A stretch of 51,781 nucleotides of DNA from a virus (taxonomy: Duplodnaviria > Heunggongvirae > Uroviricota > Caudoviricetes). The DNA lies in IMG/VR virus record IMGVR_UViG_3300032050_000030. One strand, written 5' to 3'. The translations under genes were made by a program, and so were the position numbers. The notes below the pieces were generated by a model. The model searched no databases. It was not told the DNA's origin and saw only the letters and a list, made by a program, of their open reading frames with translations. Shown in pieces: positions 45,966 through 51,781 of the stretch (position 1 is its first letter; every line of letters starts with the position of its first letter).

Positions 45966-46350
45966 CGTTTAATCTATATTGTTTTTCCATTAAGAATAAT
46001 AATAGATATTCATCCTGCATATGCCCTGTCTGATAGTCAGATGGTATGTAATACCACAAAATGGCTTCTAGCCAATCATCAGGAATATCTTTAAGTAGGA
46101 CATATTCCTGGATGACATTATTCCATCTGTAATAATACTGCCTAATCAGAGAGAACGGATGGTCCTCCATGAACATGTAGAAATGTGTAATGGTGTCTGG
46201 TTCTCCTCTATATCCATAATGGACATAATCTAGACCACCATCTATCATAGCATTACCACACTTGCAATATTTGAAATCATGCCTGTAATAGCTCTGTATA
46301 TTGTCTCCACAGAGATTGCAATGAATTGAGTTGTAGAACAGATGTTTCAT
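45955..46350 (-). CDS. Putative Zn-binding protein
   Basis: CNLCGD...HDFKYCKCG...IDGG. Confidence 0.6.
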   Translation of the reverse strand: MKHLFYNSIHCNLCGDNIQSYYRHDFKYCKCGNAMIDGGLDYVHYGYRGEPDTITHFYMFMEDHPFSLIRQYYYRWNNVIQEYVLLKDIPDDWLEAILWYYIPSDYQTGHMQDEYLLLFLMEKQYRLNDEE

Positions 46351-46793
46351 TTTAATCCAGTTGAGCCAAACCCACCTTCTCCTCTTTCTGAGTCAGAGAG
46401 CTCGTCCACTTCTTCAAATTGCACATTCAGGTTCTTCTCAAAATAGATTTGAGCAACCCTCTCTCCCACCTCATAAGGAAATGGATAGGTCCAGGCGTTA
46501 TCAGTGATGTTAGTAAATACAGCCATCCATTCACCCCTATAGTCACTATCGATTATACCTATAGAATTGCCAAGCATCCAATACTGCTTTGACAAATTAC
46601 TTCTGGGTACAATTATTCCATGATAGCCCTTAGGGATTTCTGTGGCAAACCCAAGCTTAACTGTACGCTTGCGTGGATTCTTTTCATCATATACAATCTC
46701 ACTAGCGTATACATCATAGCACGCAGCATGCAAGCTACCCTTTACAGGTAGCTTTGCATTGGTGCGCATCTTTTTAAATTTCACTTTCAACAT
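46347..46793 (-). CDS. dut: Trimeric dUTPase
   Basis: ACYDV, PRS, GIIDSDYRGE, ERVAQ, RGEGGFGSTG. Confidence 0.93.
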   Translation of the reverse strand: MLKVKFKKMRTNAKLPVKGSLHAACYDVYASEIVYDEKNPRKRTVKLGFATEIPKGYHGIIVPRSNLSKQYWMLGNSIGIIDSDYRGEWMAVFTNITDNAWTYPFPYEVGERVAQIYFEKNLNVQFEEVDELSDSERGEGGFGSTGLK

Positions 46794-47805
46794 GTTCTTC
46801 TACGGGGATTTCAGTGTTCTTAATCTTGTTAACTATCTCAGTTTTGATGGTATTGAAGAATTCAGGATTGTCCATCAACATACTCTTGAACTGCTCAATG
46901 TCATACTTCTCTTCATTGAATGTAATGGTCTTGCCCCACTTCTTAATAAGGGCATACTCATTACCCATTTCCATAATCTCAGCTAGCTTATCAATACCCT
47001 GACCAAACACAATCTCAAATGATGACATCTTGTAGGGAGGGCTCATCTTGTTCTTAGTAGCCTTCACCTTGGTGATGTTACCATAGTTGATATCACCATC
47101 CTTAGCCAGACTCTTGCTCACCTCTATACGAACATCAGAATAAAACTTCAGTGCATGTCCTCCCTGCGTAGTGGTAGGATTACCGAACATAACACCAATC
47201 TTCTCACGATACTGACTGATAATTATAACACAAGTGTTGTTAGCAGCAGCTGCAGATTTCATCTTTGGATAGGCACCTGAATTCAATCTAGCCTTCTTAC
47301 CAATAGCACTATCTCCAACTTCACCATCCAACACAGCTTTAGGAATCAAACTAGAGTCTGAATCGATAATCACCAGATCAACATCACCAGTGTTAATCAT
47401 ATCCATAGCAATATTAAAACCTTCCTCACCACAGCTTGGCTGAGCAATTAACATCTTTGCTGTATCTACGCCTAGAGCTTGAAAATATTTCTTATCAACA
47501 GCATGTTCGCCATCTATGTATAATACAACACCACCCTTCTTCTGACACTCTGCTACAGCATGACCACAAATTGTGGACTTACCTGAGCCTTCCCAGCCCA
47601 TGAGCTCATACATTTTCCCTTTTACAAATCCACCTGTACCTAATGTTTTCCAATCAAAACCAATAGATCCTGTGCTGATGACATCATATTCACCACCTGT
47701 TTTACTGTCAAGTGTAAGCACTGTACCTACACCATAAGCTTTGTTTAATTTGTCTAATGCTTCCTGAAACTTGTTGTTTGTTGCCTCCTTACTTGCTTTT
47801 GCCAT
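46774..47805 (-). CDS. recA: RecA recombinase
   Basis: GWEGSGKST (Walker A), YIDGEHA, VIIDS, IISQYREKIGVMFGNPTTTQGGHALKFY. Confidence 0.95.
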   Translation of the reverse strand: MAKASKEATNNKFQEALDKLNKAYGVGTVLTLDSKTGGEYDVISTGSIGFDWKTLGTGGFVKGKMYELMGWEGSGKSTICGHAVAECQKKGGVVLYIDGEHAVDKKYFQALGVDTAKMLIAQPSCGEEGFNIAMDMINTGDVDLVIIDSDSSLIPKAVLDGEVGDSAIGKKARLNSGAYPKMKSAAAANNTCVIIISQYREKIGVMFGNPTTTQGGHALKFYSDVRIEVSKSLAKDGDINYGNITKVKATKNKMSPPYKMSSFEIVFGQGIDKLAEIMEMGNEYALIKKWGKTITFNEEKYDIEQFKSMLMDNPEFFNTIKTEIVNKIKNTEIPVEEHVESEI

Positions 47806-47820
47806 AATTTATTGTTTTAC

Positions 47821-47828
47821 CAAATATA
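47821..47828 (-). promoter_or_regulatory. -7 element upstream of recA
   Basis: TATATTTG 15 nt upstream of the ATG; no clear -33. Confidence 0.45.
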
Positions 47829-47844
47829 CAAAAATTAATTGAAA

Positions 47845-47878
47845 TAAAAAAGAGCCCCAGGATGGAAATCCTAGGGCG
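47845..47878 (-). terminator. Intrinsic terminator after nrdJ/HNH
   Basis: Minus strand gccctaggat-ttcc-atcctggggc-tctttttt. Confidence 0.7.
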
Positions 47879-47896
47879 TAAATCGAAAAACTAAAG

Positions 47897-48457
47897 CTAT
47901 GCTATCTCGCAAGCACCACCTGCAACTTTTTTACACATCTGTATAAAGTACTGATTGTCAAATTTGTTTTTCATAATATTTACATCTTTATGAACCCACT
48001 GAATATTATCAAGAATATATCCCTTAGATGAATCTATTCTATCCAGAGAAGCTGTATAAGATTTATCTTTACTTGCTCTTGGAAAAGTCAATTCTATACC
48101 AGATAGTGCACATTTTCTATTTTGTTTAAGAAATAAATTCCAAACATCTTCAATAGTTAAATTTAATTCTACAGAAGTTCTTCGTCCTTTATCTCCATTA
48201 GCACTTCTAACTATATGATTGTACCAAAAGTCTCCAGATATTTCCCCTACACCTTTCCATTGATGATGTGTTTTACCAATGGGTTTGTCACATCCACAAG
48301 ATTTAGTATTGCCTTGTATTAAGTGTGTTCCTAAAACGTTAGTTTCTTTACCACAGTCACATAAACATGTATATCTAATATGACCGTTTCTTGATTTAGA
48401 ATGTACACTTAATACAAGGAGTTTACCAAATTTTTGAGTTCTTAAGTCTTTTTTCAT
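47897..48457 (-). CDS. HNH-type homing endonuclease
   Basis: FGKLLVL...CLCDCG...SCGC; CALSG...SLDRIDSSKGY...NIQWVHKDVN. ATG 48457 preferred; the track start lies inside the promoter. Confidence 0.8.
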   Translation of the reverse strand: MKKDLRTQKFGKLLVLSVHSKSRNGHIRYTCLCDCGKETNVLGTHLIQGNTKSCGCDKPIGKTHHQWKGVGEISGDFWYNHIVRSANGDKGRRTSVELNLTIEDVWNLFLKQNRKCALSGIELTFPRASKDKSYTASLDRIDSSKGYILDNIQWVHKDVNIMKNKFDNQYFIQMCKKVAGGACEIA

Positions 48458-48475
48458 ATCTCGCAATTTATTCCG

Positions 48476-48507
48476 CAAAGATATGGTAAAATTGTGAAAC
48501 TACCAAA
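48476..48507 (-). promoter_or_regulatory. Bacteroidota-type promoter for the HNH gene
   Basis: Minus strand TTTG, 20 nt, TATCTTTG; shares TTTGGTAGTTTCA with the promoter at 27047. Confidence 0.7.
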
Positions 48508-48514
48508 TTTATTT

Positions 48515-50368
48515 TTATTCAATACTGCAACTTCCGCCTGCACAAGCAGCAACTTGGCCAAAATCTACTGTATCATCTAGCTCCATCACCTTAGTGAGAT
48601 CGATAGATTTAAGTGTAGCTATTCTGGATTCATATTGTTCTTTTGTAATGTCCTCAAAGGGAGCTTGTTGATAAGTTCCTCCCCAATAGGGCAATACAGA
48701 TAGGCCATTGTAAAACTCACGATTGGTCCACATCCACTCACCTACTGTAACCCATTCATCTTCTTTGATGTTGATTGTAGCACTTACGTTGTGTGTATTA
48801 TCTCCAGATATATGTCCTGGTTTAACCCATTCTGTAGAGAACTTCTTGACACGCTCTAATGTGTCAATAGCTGTTTCTGTACGGAAAATAGATCCCTCAG
48901 GTGCTTTCACTGGAATACGTACACACACGGTATCTGTAGGACGAAGAACATCATCTTCACAGAGCTCTGGGTGATTAACCATTAGATAGCTGGCAATATC
49001 CTCATTCTTATTAAACCTCATGGTACGCAGATAATAGTCATTATGCCATGCGTGTATACCTGAAGCTGTTCCAAGCACCAAACTAGTAGTACCTGAAGGC
49101 TTAATACAGGTGATACGAGCTGCCTCATTGGTTCCCAGTACATTACTAATCATACTGTTCATCACCTTGGCTACATGGGCTGCTACATCTAGGTCATATT
49201 TGAGAATCTCACCAGATCCAATTCCTGTCATACCAATTCCCAACAGAGCATCCTTTTGTGTGGTTTTCTGCCAAATGGGCCTCAGATAGTGAAAATCTGT
49301 AAATCCAGCCTGGAGTGTTCCAAAGAATGCTGCTGTGGCAACACGCTCATTTAGATCTTCCTGACTTTCTACATCAGATACATTCACCTCACACAGGTTA
49401 CAGAACTGGTATGGACGAAGACCAATTTCACAACATGGATTAGTTCCCCAATCCTTATTGTTAGTCCAATAGATACCAGGTTCACCAGATCCAGAAGCTT
49501 CTATTCTCTTCCAGAGGTCAAGGAATTCTTGTTCACTGATTTGTCCTCTTTCAAGAACAGCTGAGTTGTTAGCCCTACCACGCTGCTCATTGAGTTCATA
49601 CCAATTGCCATACTTACAGGTGATCATTTCCTCATCATCATGGCTAAATAGGGCAATCATAGCTGATCTACGAATACCACCAGCTAGCACGCTATTAGCA
49701 ATGTGACAGAGGATATCATGGCATTCTAGGGGAGAAAGCTTTTGACCCTCTTCCTTCCTATCCAATGTTGCCTGTACATGGGCTAAGCAAAGCTTCAATG
49801 GTTCAGGACCAGGAGCTTTACCACCAGCTGTCACCAATCTAGCACCTTTGTGCCTAATTGCTCTGAAATCAAATTTAGGCATAAATCCACCCTCAAGATA
49901 GGCTTTCATTAACACCTTTACAGCATCAGCCCAGCCCATAATACTATCCTCAATGAGGTAGTTTCTAGCCTTACCTGGTTTTACAATAGCAGGAAGCTGT
50001 TCTACGTGATGTTTCTGTACAGAATAACCTACACCTGTTCCTCCAAGGAGCAAGAACATTGTCTCACTGAAGCTATGCACACTGTCAATTGGCAGAAAGC
50101 AACAGTTGTAAATCCTTGAATTATTAACCTCAGCAGCTGGACCAGCAAACTGGAGAGCTCTCATAGATGGTAACACCTTTTTCTGCCTAATGAGCTGTCC
50201 ACTGCTCATGATAGCATCCTCAAGTTTAGGATATTTTTTAATCATCATTTTCTCATACCTGGTAACAATCTCTTCCCAGGTTTCCCTTCTCTTTAGTTCG
50301 GGAACATACTTTGCATACTTACTAAACACAGTGATTTTGGACAACGCGTCCAATCCTAAATCCATCAT
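48515..50368 (-). CDS. nrdJ: Class II (adenosylcobalamin-dependent) ribonucleotide reductase, monomeric type
   Basis: RRETWEE, PSMR, YNC, GTGVG, GGIRRSAMI, TNPCCEI, CNL.E, KPSGT, C-terminal CAGGSC. Confidence 0.9.
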   Translation of the reverse strand: MMDLGLDALSKITVFSKYAKYVPELKRRETWEEIVTRYEKMMIKKYPKLEDAIMSSGQLIRQKKVLPSMRALQFAGPAAEVNNSRIYNCCFLPIDSVHSFSETMFLLLGGTGVGYSVQKHHVEQLPAIVKPGKARNYLIEDSIMGWADAVKVLMKAYLEGGFMPKFDFRAIRHKGARLVTAGGKAPGPEPLKLCLAHVQATLDRKEEGQKLSPLECHDILCHIANSVLAGGIRRSAMIALFSHDDEEMITCKYGNWYELNEQRGRANNSAVLERGQISEQEFLDLWKRIEASGSGEPGIYWTNNKDWGTNPCCEIGLRPYQFCNLCEVNVSDVESQEDLNERVATAAFFGTLQAGFTDFHYLRPIWQKTTQKDALLGIGMTGIGSGEILKYDLDVAAHVAKVMNSMISNVLGTNEAARITCIKPSGTTSLVLGTASGIHAWHNDYYLRTMRFNKNEDIASYLMVNHPELCEDDVLRPTDTVCVRIPVKAPEGSIFRTETAIDTLERVKKFSTEWVKPGHISGDNTHNVSATINIKEDEWVTVGEWMWTNREFYNGLSVLPYWGGTYQQAPFEDITKEQYESRIATLKSIDLTKVMELDDTVDFGQVAACAGGSCSIE

Positions 50369-50391
50369 AATCTAAAATTTTTTGGGAGGTT

Positions 50392-50435
50392 AAAAAAAGG
50401 AGGGCAAATATACACCGCCCTCCTTTAATAACCAA
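50392..50435 (-). terminator. Terminator hairpin with an embedded promoter
   Basis: Minus strand aaaggagggc-ggtgtatattt-gccctccttttttt; TATATTTG at 50412-50405 and TTG 20 nt upstream. Confidence 0.6.
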
Positions 50436-50450
50436 GAGTTTTAGAAAATT

Positions 50451-50708
50451 CTAGCTAACCAATCTCCTTATTTTCTCTCCTAAATCAAAATCATTTGGAG
50501 TGGTTTTAACGAGATTGATTATTTCTGCATTTTGCGTCAGAATTTTCTCAATGTACAATGTAGCATCCTGCAATTCTTCCTGTAAATGGAGCAAGTAGTT
50601 ATCACGATTGTTTTCGTACAGTGTTGTACCATACTTCTCAATACCTACAGAGCTCCTTTGCTGGAACTTTGCAACCACCTGATCTACGATTCTGTCAGTT
50701 TTGGACAT
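50451..50708 (-). CDS. Small helical protein, possibly MazG-like nucleotide pyrophosphohydrolase
   Basis: GIEKYGTTL...HLQEELQDATLY. Confidence 0.5.
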   Translation of the reverse strand: MSKTDRIVDQVVAKFQQRSSVGIEKYGTTLYENNRDNYLLHLQEELQDATLYIEKILTQNAEIINLVKTTPNDFDLGEKIRRLVS

Positions 50709-51070
50709 AGTTTATCGTTTAAAAGTTTGATTGCTATTTCTACAACAGCCCTATCACATTCTTTTCTTGTTTTGATAGGGGAAGGATTAGATTCTGTTAC
50801 ACTTTCTCCATTAGTAATTGTATAATGAAAGTTGCCTTCCATATACAAAGTTTCAATAAAAAGACCATTTTCATCGAAAACATCAAATAGATTCCTTGGA
50901 GAACCCTCAATAATCTTTGCTATCTTATCATCATCTATTCCTCTTTCTCTTACATGCTCCTTAAATTCTTCTGGAAGACTGTTATCTTTTAAACTTTCCA
51001 ACATAATCTCCAGGTAATAAGACTTTATTGTCTCAGCAGCACAAGGGTATTTCTGTAATAGTTCTAACAT
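50684..51070 (-). CDS. Hypothetical protein (128 aa)
   Basis: Operon ORF. Confidence 0.55.
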   Translation of the reverse strand: MLELLQKYPCAAETIKSYYLEIMLESLKDNSLPEEFKEHVRERGIDDDKIAKIIEGSPRNLFDVFDENGLFIETLYMEGNFHYTITNGESVTESNPSPIKTRKECDRAVVEIAIKLLNDKLCPKLTES

Positions 51071-51270
51071 GGCTCATTGTTTTTTAAACGTTCTGCTCTT
51101 TCTTTCCACCAGTCTTTTTCATAAACCATCTCTAGTTTATCAATAGGATCTGCGAAAATCTTAGCTTCAATAGTCTTTTCATACTTTTCACTTTCTATTT
51201 CACAAAAAGAAATGGCATAATTCATACCATATTTGTGAATAACATACTGAAGAAACTGATCGTTATACAT
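51064..51270 (-). CDS. Hypothetical protein (68 aa)
   Basis: Operon ORF. Confidence 0.5.
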   Translation of the reverse strand: MYNDQFLQYVIHKYGMNYAISFCEIESEKYEKTIEAKIFADPIDKLEMVYEKDWWKERAERLKNNEPC

Positions 51271-51781
51271 ATTCTTCTTTTAATTTGTCAATGAATAATG
51301 TTTCTTTCTCTTCTATAAAACCTTGCCACACTTCCATAGAATCATCAAATTCTATTCCAATCTTCTCTTCCCAAAACTTCTTAAGATCTTCTGTCTTGTT
51401 AAAGATACGATATTGCAAGCTAATTTCATCTTTATGTAACCCATTCTTTTTAATCTTAATCACCTTTGGAAACTCTGATTGAAAATCTCTTGATGTCTTA
51501 GAATATTTACCAGATTTTATATACTGAAAATCTTTATTAAATTTAGGATTGAGCTGGTAGACAACTATAATAAATCCATCATCATAATCATAATCATCGA
51601 TTATAGATTTGGTTCTCTCATACTCATCATCCAAAAACTCCTTGAATTTATATACATCTTTCGGACGGAATAAAAGATATGCAGCATTTTCATACTGCAC
51701 ATCTCTTTTACCATCTTTAATATAAGCATTTATGAACCCATTCTCCTTCAATCTATCTCTATCAATCTTGAGAGTGGGCAC
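51263..51781 (-). CDS. Hypothetical protein at the window edge (possibly 5'-truncated)
   Basis: ORF reaches position 51781. Confidence 0.55.
   Translation of the reverse strand: MPTLKIDRDRLKENGFINAYIKDGKRDVQYENAAYLLFRPKDVYKFKEFLDDEYERTKSIIDDYDYDDGFIIVVYQLNPKFNKDFQYIKSGKYSKTSRDFQSEFPKVIKIKKNGLHKDEISLQYRIFNKTEDLKKFWEEKIGIEFDDSMEVWQGFIEEKETLFIDKLKEEYV

Noticed and set aside
1-51781. Stop-codon reassignment, known in some crAss-like phages
   Set aside because: Long genes are intact under the standard code, and TAA, TAG and TGA all end well-supported genes (e.g. TAG for the HNH at 47897, TGA at 41696).
1-51781. tRNA, rRNA or self-splicing intron
   Set aside because: Intergenic gaps are mostly under 100 nt and I saw no cloverleaf or intron core; a tRNAscan/Infernal run would be needed to exclude them fully.

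Overview
A 51.8-kb segment of a large, AT-rich dsDNA bacteriophage genome, most likely crAss-like (phi14:2-type) with a Bacteroidota host. The evidence is a giant virion RNA polymerase with the RIPTQ...GSDFDIDKL signature and repeated TTTG/TTG-N19-20-TAnnTTTG promoters. Order on the + strand: 5'-truncated virion RNAP, a 2113-aa polyvalent putative ejection protein, a fibre block with Gly-Thr-Ser repeats, an inverted four-domain glycosylation gene, a lysis cassette (GH19 endolysin), a block of modular putative virion-surface proteins, a ferritin-like protein, a metalloprotease lipoprotein, a Tad1-like anti-defence gene and a cluster of small Lys-rich proteins. A convergent minus-strand block follows (methyltransferase, two GT2, dut, recA, nrdJ). 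The best candidate for a new system is protein O-glycosylation of virion parts. Three unrelated N-terminal module families each have a stub member carrying only a poly-Thr/Ser tail, beside paralogues carrying large cargo domains. They are encoded near a TibC/Aah-type Ser O-heptosyltransferase fusion and a GT95/GT96-like transferase. A second pattern is that three free-standing homing endonuclease genes each duplicate in frame a terminal peptide of the neighbouring gene; a fourth may have inserted together with tad1. All family calls come from motifs read by eye; no searches were run.
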